Of a DNA stretch of 64,000 bases, positions 15,815 through 28,600 are shown piece by piece. The notes beneath the pieces were generated by a model. The model did no database searches, had not been told where the DNA came from, and was given only the letters and a program-made list of their open reading frames with translations. The stretch is taken from assembly GCF_964204645.1 (NCBI RefSeq), contig NC_134025.1, positions 1,612,001 to 1,676,000 of the forward strand, in the 5' to 3' direction. This DNA comes from Tubulanus polymorphus. Taxonomy: Eukaryota; Animalia; Nemertea. A program made the position numbers and the translations under genes. Positions within the stretch are counted from its first letter, which is position 1. Each line of letters opens with the position of its first letter.

Positions 15815-16112
15815 GACTTATCTTTCTTCTTTTACTCATTGGAAAATTATCCCAAAACAGAATACTGAACACATCGCAATAATAAGAGAATATATCCATG
15901 TAATGAATGAACTGGTCTTTTGACTAACTGACCACTTCTGCGGACCAACTAGAAATACCAACATCTCATATCAAAACTGGCGCTTCAGGATTATTAATGA
16001 CGTCACCAATAAGAATGTCATAGTCTCAACGATGACGTCACAACCAAGATGACGAAAACTACAGGGTATTTTTCTCCCGGGGTATATCGAGTGGGGGTGG
16101 GGGTGGGGGGGC
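15815..16112 (-). promoter_or_regulatory. NR4A candidate promoter / first exon P2
   Basis: Donor GTAAGT at 15814, Inr-like TCAGTT at 15931-15926, two CREs (15998, 16033), CCAAT at 16006 and G-tracts at 16079-16112. Confidence 0.5.
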
Positions 16113-18661
16113 AGTTACTCGACTAATGGGATTATATTGTTCCCTGTTGTTGTAATGAAAGATTTTCGAATTCATCATTTCCACATGTGGAATATATTCA
16201 TTTACTAACGAAATCAAATCACAGAGCAGCAAATATATATGCGATACAGCCGTTACGGTTACCGGAACCGTGTACGCGTTTTAGTTTCTTACAGTTCCAT
16301 TGTGTCGAAAACCTTGCAACACATTTTGTATTATTGTCTAAGAAAACCCAATACAGTTAAATATGAGACGGTTTCGGTGCCAATTTTCAAAGCTCGGGTA
16401 ACCGCTGTATGAAAGCTAAGACTCTAATCCCATACAGCAGGTCAGTGGAGGTGGAAACTAGAAACGGTGTGAAATAACTGTGAAATAAATATCTATTCCT
16501 TAAACATGAGCTCGTTCAAAAAAAAGCATATACAAGAAAATGAGATCTTATACAAAGGGGAATGGAAGTAACTATACTGGACTAAAATGGGGCTCAAGAC
16601 GCTTCCTATTTTAGAGGATTCCCCCCCCCCACATACCACTACCCAGGTGGCGCTGCGCGGTTTTATTGGGTTAGTATTTTTCTACGTTACGATTCTATCA
16701 AATGCAAAGTCCCGAAATTGAGACAAAATCAGTAGCCACAAAAACTATTCCGAATTCGGCTAATAAACTAAAGGTACTATTATTGATCAAAAGCGAAAAA
16801 TACCTCGACGCTGTAGTTTAGTTAGTCGTGACGGCCAAATTCCAGATAAATTTAGTCGATTATGTCGGATTAAGCGAAAACACGGTATCTACTGATAGTA
16901 GCCTAGAAACTGTGTTAGAGACCAAGGTGAAAAATCATGCGGTTCACTCGGTTTACCTAGCCACAGTAAGTGTGACGTCATGACTCTCATTGTGTGGAGC
17001 TTGAACTGTAAACAGGTAAACAAATAGAATACAACAAATCACATCATAATCAACTAAAAACGATCATAGACACAAGAATACTCATGCATGCATACACACA
17101 CACAAATAATCAACTATTAGATACAGAATATAATAAAACCGTTTGAAATTAAATCAATAATACTTCTCATGTATTTATCGACGGATTTCTGGTAGGATCA
17201 TGATTGCAGAAGAGTCGTGTTCATAATTACAACATGTAGGTTCTAATGACGCTTTTTATAGGTAAAAATGATATATTTGCCGGAAGGCGTTTAAATGTTA
17301 CTGACTCCTTCTGTGATACATTGATTTCGCGCATCACCTCAACTTACACCAACTTTATAGTGATATTATATAACACTTTAAATTTTCGAAATTCAAAGAC
17401 AACTAGATCGAAAATCCAGTGTTTTCCGATGAACAAGAGATCAACGCAACGAATAAGATTATGATTGATCTCAGTAGATTCTCATCTAAAGTTGTTTATA
17501 TCGTGTAAACGGATAGGTAGGCCGGGTTTTCTATACTTGCAGAGATGTTAGAAATTAGCATAATTTTGAGACTGGCCGTATATGACGCGTCTGAGTCGAT
17601 ACAGTATTGCGAACAGATGCAGTGACCAGTGACTAACCAACTGACTGACCAGATGTGAGAAAGTTTGGCTAGACGGTGTAATTGCTTACTCATGTTTTTA
17701 CAGGTACGTTATTAGGATAAGGTAATTAAATACACGATTAAGAGCGGTCAGCAAACGACCTAAATGTAAGTGACCCGCGGCGGGTGGAGTTTGAGCATCT
17801 TGACGTAAACAACGCATCCGGCAATTCACCGGAGTTCATTTAAAAATATAAATAAAATACAGACTATTTTGCACTCACATAACGCATTGATTTTAGATAT
17901 AACGTTCTTAGTTATAGAAACAGATCAATTGAATCCATTTGTAAAATTCGATAGAAGCAAAAATGAAAACATTCAACTTCCCCCTAAATGATATCATCGC
18001 ACGCTTCATTGGCGGAAATCACATTGGACCGACGTAATACATATACATGTATATCTTAAGTGCATTAATAAAATCTAAGAACTGAAAATTAATTCTATGA
18101 AAATGAAAATTTCGTTCTATAACATGCGCTCAGATTCTGATTAATATCGTTGTCGAATGCAACATAATCTTCTACTCGCGAATCTACTGATAAATTTAGG
18201 TCTTTACGAAAAAGAATTGAGAATTTTCAATCGTGTAACTTGATTTTCGATTAGCAAAAAAACAACTGACGATGTTTTGCAGCTGGAAATACACATTAGT
18301 TGTGATATACTTGCTGTTATACGTTGATTCAATATGAATTGACTTAGAAATCAAAAAACTATGTGTAAACATGAACGATAATCAAACATGCTTGCGTCAC
18401 TCAATTGATATATATAAAAATAAATTAATAACAGTCCAAGTGAACTGCAAAAAACTGTTTTGTTTTCAATCTCCAAACGGTTTAAATCAAAAATTAAACA
18501 TCGCATTTGAGAATGCAGCATTGATAGTTTAATTCAATTCAAGTATCTTATTAACCCGAGACAAATCATATATCATCGAGATAATGTGCAAGTATTTTAA
18601 CATATGCATTATCAGATGTTTGCATCTTGGAAAAATACAAAGAAGAAGATTATGTACTCAC

Positions 18662-19030
18662 CACAAAATCAACGTGGTCCAGGTCTATTATCGAGTAAAC
18701 TATCAATAGCTTGTTAGAATATGCACTTAAGTAATTGTCCGTTAAAACATCGTTGGTTCCATCCACGCATCAATGTTTCTAGTGAACGAATGAATGGGGA
18801 AACCAACTCAAATCATATTTAATGTCTGTAACTAGTAGAATTCACACGCGCTTGTAAGCATTTATAGCTCACTGACGCGATGCCATCCAACGAAAATAAT
18901 TTATACCATGCGACATCAATAATATCACTGCAAGTGCGTAAACCAGTTCTGACGTCATTGTCGGGAACTCGTGCGAGGGAACTCCTCGCATCAGCTCGGT
19001 TGTACGTAATAAAGAGCTATTTATAGCAAC
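18662..19030 (-). promoter_or_regulatory. NR4A candidate main promoter / first exon P3
   Basis: Donor GTGAGT at 18661, TATAAAT at 18866-18860, half-CRE at 18873, full CRE at 18950-18957, kappaB-like GGGAACTCC at 18977 and MEF2 site CTATTTATAG at 19017-19026, all in the order expected for a minus-strand promoter. Confidence 0.65.
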
Positions 19031-22000
19031 ACCAGAGCTTTCTATTGATTGCGTAGCTACAGTATTTCTCACGGCAACTCGCACCGGGAACAGTAAGCTA
19101 TCGCCGTCTAAAATAAAGAACCAGTCCTGAAATAATTTCTACCCCGTTTATATAGACTAGGTCAAGGATTTTAAGTTAAAATCATATTACATTTCCTGAC
19201 GAGCGCATGACGTTTCCTATGAAACTCTTTTTAATAATTCCAGCTAAAGTCCCATTATTCATATGCAAATTTCTTTTCCGCAATACGACCCCTACACTCA
19301 AAATGGGTTTATTCAAGATTCCCAGAGCAAAATCGATGCGTATTTTTAAGTTTTCGGGATTTCTAATCCAATTTGCATATTGCGCTCGTAATTCCGAGAT
19401 ACAGCGCGTCGTATTTTTGACTCCTCGTTACCGGAAACGAATTTTGCTACTGGACTGAAAGATCAAGAGATGTAACAGAAATGTTTTTGCAGAAAACACA
19501 TTTAACGTGATATTTCTAGTGATTAAATAGACATTGATGATGATTTTGACACGTATGATATGTGACGACTCGGTGTTGTTTTGAGAGTCGAGATTGAAAA
19601 TTGTTGCATCGAGGAAATTCCGGAAAAAATAAAAAAGATATAGAATCAATTTTTGAAACCTAAAAATAGCTGGAGCGCTCAATTTCAGAAGTTCCCTGAG
19701 GGTTTGATTTTCGGCCAATGTAGCTGACATTTTACACCATACTATACAGAATTTCCACTGTCATAATATGCGAGCTATAAATATCAAATACTACGTTATT
19801 CCATATTGATTCATACGTATTAATAAGCACTTTGGGACTTGAATATAACGGTTATTTATAAACCGTTGATGTTATTTACAGAACAGAATAAAGTGGGCAG
19901 ATTGTTATTTATAGATTTTGTTTATCAGATACTAGTAATGACGGGGCCACTGTCAGTCGTCGAAGCACCAGACGATCGAACGTCAATCTATCTATCTTCA
20001 AGGTTACAGCGCTGTATATGCTAACTAGGCGCGACCTAATTGCAACTTTGGAATAAGTAAATCAGACTAAAAATATCTTGGTTTCATTTTTGGAATGCTA
20101 TCCTTGAAAAATATCAGGGATGCCCATCTATTGATGCTTAATCTTACCTTTGTAGAAGAACACTTGAAGTGTTCTTATCTTATATCTACTAAATACATCA
20201 ATGTTAACTGTATCTTAACGATTTTGATGCTATTTCATATAAAGCGCAGTGATTTATATCAATATATACAGAGTTAGATGTAAGAAAATGGAATTATCAT
20301 TTCATGAATGTGAAAAAGAAAATGACTATTTGGAATATCTAAAGCAATAATTCTTCTGCTCAAATGGAAATTGTTATTTTGTTCCCATATTCTTTAGCTA
20401 TAAATAAACGCCTCCCGCAGATCTGACAGGGTCGTTCACTGTTCTTCATACCCTGAATACTGGATATTCAATGACCTTGAACTGATTCTCAACGCGAGTT
20501 GCGTATTTTAACGATAATATAATTTTTTACATAAAGAACTTACGTCTGTATTGATATTTAATAGCATGTCAATAACTTGATCCACTAGTTTCACCAGCCC
20601 CAGCTGGTATGATATGATTTATTTTCATCAAGTTCGAAATTCCGCATTCACATTGATCATCAATAATTTCAACGAAACTTTATAAGAAAAGTTTTTAAAA
20701 TAGTAACACTGTATGAGAGCTTTGGGCGATTTATGACGTTTGACTTGATCAGAGATTACAACACGTATCTCCTGGCTATTCTTTACACATGTCTGAATAT
20801 TTATATTCTACCGATTAGAAACATGTAGTCTTCATTATGTATCATCTGGATGTGCTGAATGATGGAGAAAATGCTTTTATTCTTATGTTTCTTTACTAAG
20901 AATCGACAATATAGTTAAAATTATGCAATTTTTGGCCAAGTCTCGCAGTCGTGCAGTTTTTGGTGCCCTGCTCTGTAAAACGTCAATATTGATTTTCTAA
21001 CTGAAAATGGCTGTAAATAACTTTCGAATTCATCGAAACCAATTTCCGTTTAAAGAGCGCGTACTCGGTGGCAGCACCATACGGTCACCTAGCGGAATTT
21101 CTGTGAACTAACGTGATACAAAAAGATACCGCAGAATGAAGAGTTTAACGACTGTCCATCGTTAGCTGCCCCTCTTTCCTCGTTTGGATGGGAATACCGC
21201 ATAGTTATCAATATAATATATCATCATTTATTCAAGAAATTTCTAGAATAAAGACTATACATGGTGATACTCCTATCAATTCAACGGTTATCAATTCGAT
21301 GTTTAGCACACAATTATTAAAGAATTATTCAGACTTTCGATAACACTTGATTCATGATATGTTGGAAATACTCGATACAAATCATAATTCTGTGTATTTT
21401 TTTCTGATGATCTACTAATGAATCAGATGAACGCTAATTTCCCCGGAAATATTACTTAATTTATTGATAAACATGCGCGCAAACCCTCGCTTATTTCTAT
21501 TAATAAAATTCAATTCAATTTGGCAGGAATGACGTATTTGGCCATCGAATGCGTTAGTTGACGCTGCAACGTCACAGCGAGTGGTTTCAGCGTTCTGTGT
21601 ATACCCGTTGATACTGGTATAGCGGCGTTAACGTCACTTGTCACTAGATGCGATGATCAGATGAGCTATTGCCAGGCATATCGTGACCTTGCATTTATAA
21701 AATAAGCGAGCAACCAATCCAATCTTTTTACTCACGTTTGACGCAATATGTGCTATTGACCCCCTGATTAGCCGCAATAGCAAAACCCGATCCGATAACA
21801 CGCATTAAGGTAAAGAAACAAAGTATTGGGTTTTCAGAATGTTCGCCAAAAGGATTCGCTTCGAATGTTGACTAAATCAACTTCCCTGTTTTAGCAATTC
21901 TGTACGCATTCGTAAACATAATTCTATTTCATTACGTCTAACGTGAGTTCTAAGCTTTACTAAAAATGTAGATTAGATCTATTCAGGGGTCTCGTGCTTG

Positions 22001-22793
22001 TACGTCATTATTTGTACTCGAATTCCCACTTGAGAAAAAAAAACTAATTCATTTTGATATAGAAAACGATGGCCTACATACATGTACGTATATAGTGTCA
22101 CGAGCTTTCTAGTCTATTATGTCCGAAAAAGACGTCAAACAGTCACTTATCAAAGTCATTCTTGTGCTTCCCCAGGACGAGCTTTTCAACATTATGTAGA
22201 CCAGTGTATTTTTCCGCGAAATGCGCCCTACCAGACATATAGTTTTGGCTTCGTGCCTTTTTCTGTATAGCGGCTTAAGTTTTGTGAAAAAAAGAAAAAA
22301 TAACCACTCGACTATTGAGAGTTTAAAATAGCTCTTGTAAGCTGCGTTAACGCATAGCTTCGTTTTTTTAATGTTTTCAACAGTGGAAATAGTAAAGACT
22401 GAATATTGGCTACTTACATTATTCAGATAATGTAACAGGATTTGACCGGAAAAGTGTCATATCGATAAAGCGTTCAATGTGAACATTCTGCTTTAACAGG
22501 GATGTTAATAAACAACTAAGTATATGTCTAAAATGCTATTTCTTTCATCTAAAAATTAGTGCATTTTCCATTTGATTTTTTTCACATTGCAAATCTGTGG
22601 ATTTTTATGTAAGTCCAGATGGCTAAATAGCTTTTCGGTGATTTGCAGTTGCAAGTTTTTGAAATAGATTTACAAATAGCTGAAATTCTCGAAACGAAAA
22701 TCAAAGAGCTCAACTCCAGAGACACGTTAGTGCAGAATGTGAGAGCACTACGATATAATCAGTAGATAGACACCGAACCAGTAGAGCTAGTAT

Positions 22794-22825
22794 AGCAGCA
22801 ACAACAGCAGCAACAGCAGCAGCAG
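22794..22825. repeat. Imperfect (CAG/CAA)n microsatellite
   Basis: agcagcaacaacagcagcaacagcagcagcag; not within a supported exon. Confidence 0.8.
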
Positions 22826-22973
22826 TCACAGAATATGAAATGCAGTATTACTCGTATAATAATATAATGAAAGATGATGTAGGCAACTAGAATGAAGCCA
22901 ATGATTTAATGTATTTATGAATTTCGCGGTTTAATTCATAATGTGCATGCACCCACGCATAGTTTACACTTAC

Positions 22974-23469
22974 CAGGTAGAGGTGAAAATATATCCTCGT
23001 CTGAGATAAGACCCGGGTGTTCTAAACACCTCTCCTTCTCATCCAGTGTTATGTCACTCCGATATTAGCACAAAAATGTTTGGACCACCACACTACTCTC
23101 TCCTCACCGAACAATTCGAATCTTTGCGAATTTTCGTGCATCGTACCTATATATTTCTATATCATCGCAAAACGGGTCCCGGTGAACACTATCTTTGACG
23201 TCATACTTCAGCGTGTACGTCACGATCTGCAGTTTACATTCCTCGCAATTTGAATTCAGCGACGACGGCTGTCAGTGGTTGAAATATGTATCGGCGGTGT
23301 CCATTGGTCGGTATTTTTTCCGTAACGATCGTTACGACGTCACACTCGGGGTATCGCTGCGCGGGCGTTTTGCTGCCAATCTTCGACCAAAAATATTCGC
23401 ATAATTTACCGATTTTTCGATCGATCTAGAGTTACGTACGTTTTTCAATCAGGCAACGTCTATTTTTAG
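22974..23469 (-). promoter_or_regulatory. NR4A candidate promoter / first exon P4
   Basis: Donor GTAAGT at 22973, TATATAG at 23153-23147, CRE at 23196-23203, CCAAT (minus strand) at 23307-23303, CRE variant at 23335 and MEF2 CTATTTTTAG at 23460-23469; locally CpG-rich. Confidence 0.55.
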
Positions 23470-24744
23470 TCGCAGAATCGGCGACAAACTGTAGGAAATT
23501 GCTTACCGATTTAGACGCGCAGGGAAACCGCTCGTGAATGATAGTGAGGCGTTACTGCTCGCCTGACGTATTGGCGATTTTTTTATTTTTAGAAATTTCC
23601 AGCACTACGGATGAAGCAGTAGTTGCAGTATTCGTACGGTTAGAATATAAAGCGAGGTTACGATATAAATAAAACGCCCTTTTCTTTTTTTAAATCGAAA
23701 ATATAGTGGTTCACTGGTGCGAACGAGTACGTAGGCCTACCGGTACACGCTAGAAATATCTAGGTTACAAACTACGACGATATCAATGTTTACATGAGTG
23801 CTAGGAAATCGTAAAACGTTATTTCACGGAAATCAGTCATCATGACCTATTGGCTTGGTTTATTTTTATTTTTCAATAGTATTTCCAGCAAGTTGATCCG
23901 TCTAGTTGTTGTTTATTTTAGACAGAGATCGCCACGCGTGCGTATCATTCGAGAAATCGGACCGACGTACGATTTTTCAGATAGTAATTTTACTACAACT
24001 GGGAGCCGCTTTGCAAGAAGCGTCTCGTGTTTATTCTTTGCTGTATTAATGTTTCACGTTACATAGGAAGAACGGAGAAGAATCCTTGCAGTATCTCACG
24101 GAGAAAGAAGTGACATTACCTTTATCCGCCTACTACATCAGGCGCTGATACTACAGCAACGTAAAACCTTCCTTTAAAACCTATAAAAACTCAATAGTTG
24201 TTTCATTTTGAACAAAAAAACCATCATATCATATCATGCATTTTATAAGAAATATGAAGGCCAACGTCATGAAACCAGGATTTAGAAGAATATGGTTCTA
24301 TGATAAATATCTCCTAAATGAGGTGTCGTATGCTTTGGGTTAAATGAATGAATACCAAATTGATGAAGTTCGTAAAAATAGATTATATTTTTAGTATATT
24401 CACGTTATTTTCATTGCTTTCGCAAAATACTGTCGTTCCAGCGACAATACAGAATGAGGCATCCACAGCTAAAATGCTTGAGTGATTTGTTTAAAAGAAA
24501 ATCATGAATTGTGACGTGTGATATATAAAGTCTATCTAACTGAACATGCTAAATCCACCAGAAACCCTTTCAAATGTGATTTAATTCGCGTTTTCGGCGA
24601 TGGAAAGACATACACGGGAACAAAGCAAAGCAAGTCTCAAAAAGGCAGTCTAACATAGAAAGCGACGTTATCCACTGATTCATCTTCTAGCCCAAACATG
24701 AACATCAAAATGTTCGAAGTGGTCCTAACGCTAAGTATAGTCCT

Positions 24745-24806
24745 TGCAAGGATCGAACCTAGGACCTCCCACAGCATCGAAAGCGTTTGTACTAAGCACT
24801 GCTACA
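24745..24806 (-). mobile_element. Degenerate tRNA-derived SINE head
   Basis: Minus strand ...GGAGGTCCTAGGTTCGATCCTTGC carries a Pol III B-box; the A-box is poor. Confidence 0.3.
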
Positions 24807-25619
24807 ACTACATGTATATTCCATTTATTAATAGATCAGACTTGTTTTCTAATTTTGAGGGTACATATACCCCATCGAAGGCTGAACCTGACCAAAAAAT
24901 CACGCAAAATATTGCAGAAATTCACATCAATTAGTAAATGTACCATAGACCACTGAGCCGTAGTAACAGATATCAGATGAGGAGTTCAGTTTGAATTTGA
25001 TATTCACTGTTAGAAACATTAAGAAGCCCCAGTTATGTAATAGTGAATACTTTTTTCTGAAATAAGAAAATGAACCCCTATTTCGAGCAGTAATACTATA
25101 AATACACGTACAAAAAAAAATCATCAATTTTAACACGTCTGTAAAATGTTCACATACGAAATGTTAATTCAAGTGATTTTCGAAAAAAACCTGGGAGTGG
25201 CGGTCGCTTTTTATACTTTATATTGAGAATAGATTCTTGGAAGTAGGTTTACCATCCATCCGTTTATTACGTTCGGCGACATTTTGATCAGAGAGACCTG
25301 GATGAGATTTATTCCGCGAAGAACAATCGATCAAGCCTTTCAGAGTTACTAAAATAGCAACATCGTCTCACACGATGACGCTCACTGATCGGGGGTGAGT
25401 CTGTGTAGATGATAACAACCACAGTGAAATATCTGAGCGTAATTCCAGGCGGTGGAACACATCAGTCGTTTATAAACCCTATAGACATATCTACTGAATT
25501 ATATATCGTCATGAATTAGGAAATGTGCCAAAGATTTCAATTCGTAAATTAGAATATATATTCCATAATGATGCATTATACTAATAGATAGTTAATAAAC
25601 CTTATAGACGTATCTGCAT

Positions 25620-25711
25620 CGAGTTTCACTGCTGTGAGTATGAGTTGACTCTAAATTAAAAATTAGTTCATTTTCAATGAGTCAAACTGTGACAACTGTG
25701 GAACTGGGTCT
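25620..25711. mobile_element. MITE family B, degenerate reversed copy
   Basis: Ends in AACTGTGGAACTGGGTC and contains TTAGTTCATTTTC (reverse complement of the GAAAATGAACTAA core in 46070-46181). Further fragments at ~3840-3905, 12792-12845 and 35566-35650. Confidence 0.6.
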
Positions 25712-28269
25712 CTTCAAAAATTAGGAAAAACACGTATGATAAAAAAAAAAAATTTTTTCGTTAATTAGAATATATATTCTTGATCTATCAATATATAGTT
25801 TGTTAACTATCAGCTGTTGATGCAATCGCAATAATATACAAAATAACTTACCACCAAGAAGCGACTATTTGTCCGTCAAGCGATTGAATTACGAATTCGC
25901 GAAGCTCATGAAGAAATGTGTCTTTACATTTCACTAGTGTTGTATTATATCGAGTAAAAATAATTCTCGTTCATTTGACTATTAGTGATAATTACAGAGT
26001 GTAAATACGTAACACGCAGGAGCGTGGGAAGTCAAAAACAACACAAACAACTAGAACAAGACAAAATACGACCTCTAATCTCATAAAGAGTCTGGACCCG
26101 GTTATCAAGCTTCAAAAAAGAAATTATCTTTTGAATTTAACGATAATCGCAGTTCGACAGTCGTAAATAATCTGACACTTCGCGATGGTCTGTGACCCGA
26201 GAACAACCGCACATTCAAATCACTAGTTGTTTTATATATTATATATTGGTTGATTGTTTCCAGGCGTTACTGAAAATAATTCGTCTTAAATCAAACCCGG
26301 ATGTCGGAATGATTTTCGCTAAAGTGATACGAATCGCGAGTGCAATTGCCTTTGGTCTGATTATTCTTTCAGATAAAATATGTGAGTAGGTTTATCTCTG
26401 ACACTCTCATGTAGTTCAATATCGTGAAATATTTCGGTTTCTTTACGTCCGGCATTCCGATCACTATATCCAGACTTTCTCTAAATCCGAAATAACAAGA
26501 TCGCATTCGAAAAATGCATTATATACAGTTTATGAATAATTTCGACTCGGATGAAATAGCGATGATAACCTTCCGACCATTTTTATTAACCTCAGACATC
26601 AGACTCAGTCTCTAATCAACTTTTTCGCGATTTATTCCGCTAAACACAACTCTGCATTAATCCCGCGAAACATATTATATTCTTGTTTCCCGAATTTGGC
26701 CTCAAACGATGTTCGGGTTCATCGCTGACCTTGTACCGTGAGCACACCAGAATCTTTTTACAGTTTCTATAGCAACGGCGTCTCACACGGCTAACAGTAG
26801 AGACTCACAGCAATAACTCGAAACTCATGGATTTATCTCGTACAGAAATTATAATACTATAATTGGCGTAAATGATGCGCGAGTCTGATTATAACGGGGA
26901 ACCCATTCTACTTAAACTTGTTTTTCTTGTCAATTACAATTTGCTTCTGAAGAAAATATATTTTTTTGTTTTATTTTCTGATAAGTATAAGTAGCTTGAG
27001 GTTAGAGAACGTGCGCACATGAGATTATATAAGACAAAAACCTTGCAAAGCGTGATATATAAACTACTGAACAACTGCAAACCTCGACAAAGTAAATGAT
27101 CGACTAAACTTATTGGAAAATTCTTTCAAAATCTGTAACTTATTTATACATTAAATATTAAGTTGCATATTTTGTATCTTGAACTTACTTTGTTCGGAGT
27201 AATCCAGCGTTGATGAAATACCGTAAAACAAGTTAGACTTGTTTGTCCGACAATGGAAATAATCCGTTTGCAAAGTATTCAACAGAGCAGTCTGCATTAG
27301 GATTTCTCCGAGAAGTTGTTTCCGTGACATGAAAAATTCAAATAATGAAGGGCTCCGGTTGTGGATTAATATTATAGTCCGTACCGGCGTCACCGAGCCA
27401 AAATTAGCATCTACAGGTGACTTCATTGATAAAACTCCATCGCATCATAAAATGATGCGAGAATTCTCCATTTAACGTAAAACACCAGTGAGAGGGATAC
27501 CCCGTGACGTCACCATGACGTAGATCATTGGCGTATTCCGGGACGACGCAGTACTACACGCGCGATGTGTTCTGTAGAGCCAGTGTCTGCTGTCTATTAC
27601 TGTCTCCGCCCTCATGATGACACAAAACCGGATAAATATAGCATCATGTACGTTATTTCTTTTCCCGCAAATCGATGAATTGACGATAGACTCGTGAAAC
27701 GCTTCGCTTGGTCTCTCTCTCACTCTAATTGAGTAGGCTTCATTCATAAAATCAAAAAGTAAATCCCTAAAAATAAACTGATTTTAGGTAACGAGGAACT
27801 TTCAAATTTCTCTTGGAAACTGCTTGCGTGCGCACCTCACACGTCACTCGGAAAACTTCGCAAATACCCGAATTATAACATTATCCGACGCAACTAATTG
27901 TTGTTGAATATTTTTTTGACATCGTAAAAACCGTTACAAAGATACGTTCACTGCTGTCTACCATGCGGGGTACGCACTGTGAGAGTCGATTTGCACAAAC
28001 GATAACAATTACAGTTGCGAAAATTGGCGTTTGTTTTGTATATAATTGAATAGACTCATATCTCCTATTAAATGAATAATCAAGTCTTGAGTTTTAATGG
28101 TAAATAATGCGTCAGTGGTGGTACAGCAAACGGCTTTGAGATGTCCTTTTCTCCAAATGTATTTATTTATGTGTGTGTATATCTATGTATGTGTTATTAG
28201 TGACAGTATTCATATCTATTCAGTGAAAGTTTTTGAAGATGCTTCGACCCTATATACATATTCAGCCCA

Positions 28270-28600
28270 AAAACAGGCTCAGTCAAGATGGCCGACTGGT
28301 CATTGTTATTCGCAGAAATCAGCAGATTTCACAGTTTTTTGAAGATTACATGTGAAATTTTGAAGAATCTTCGATCAATTATCTGAATATATCTTTATAT
28401 ATAACCATATCCATCAGCAAAAAAAATTGGGTCGATCGGATTCAAGATGGCCGTCCTGTGACCTTGTTTCTGCTCAAAAAAACAGACAATTTTGGTCTAG
28501 ATTCCGAGACCAGGTTCGCCATATTTCATTGAAATTTGTGATGGGTATTCGTTGGAAAGGGATCTTTAGGAGCGATACGTGTAGCAGGCCTGGTCACACT
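28270..28600 (+). mobile_element. Probable non-autonomous Helentron-associated (HINE/DINE-like) element remnant
   Basis: Two internal repeats of TCAAGATGGCCG(A/T)C..(C/T)G(G/T) (28284, 28442), a TTTCATTGAAATTTG motif and a terminal GGAGCGATAC...AGGCC motif, recalled from invertebrate Helentron-derived repeats. The family assignment is inference. Confidence 0.35.

Noticed and set aside
22974-23060. Coding potential of the P4 exon (DEKERCLEHPGLISDEDIFSPLP, phase-1 end)
   Set aside because: In frame with NR4A, but preceded by TAA with no ATG; the only ATG is out of frame and stops after six codons. It would need a non-AUG start.
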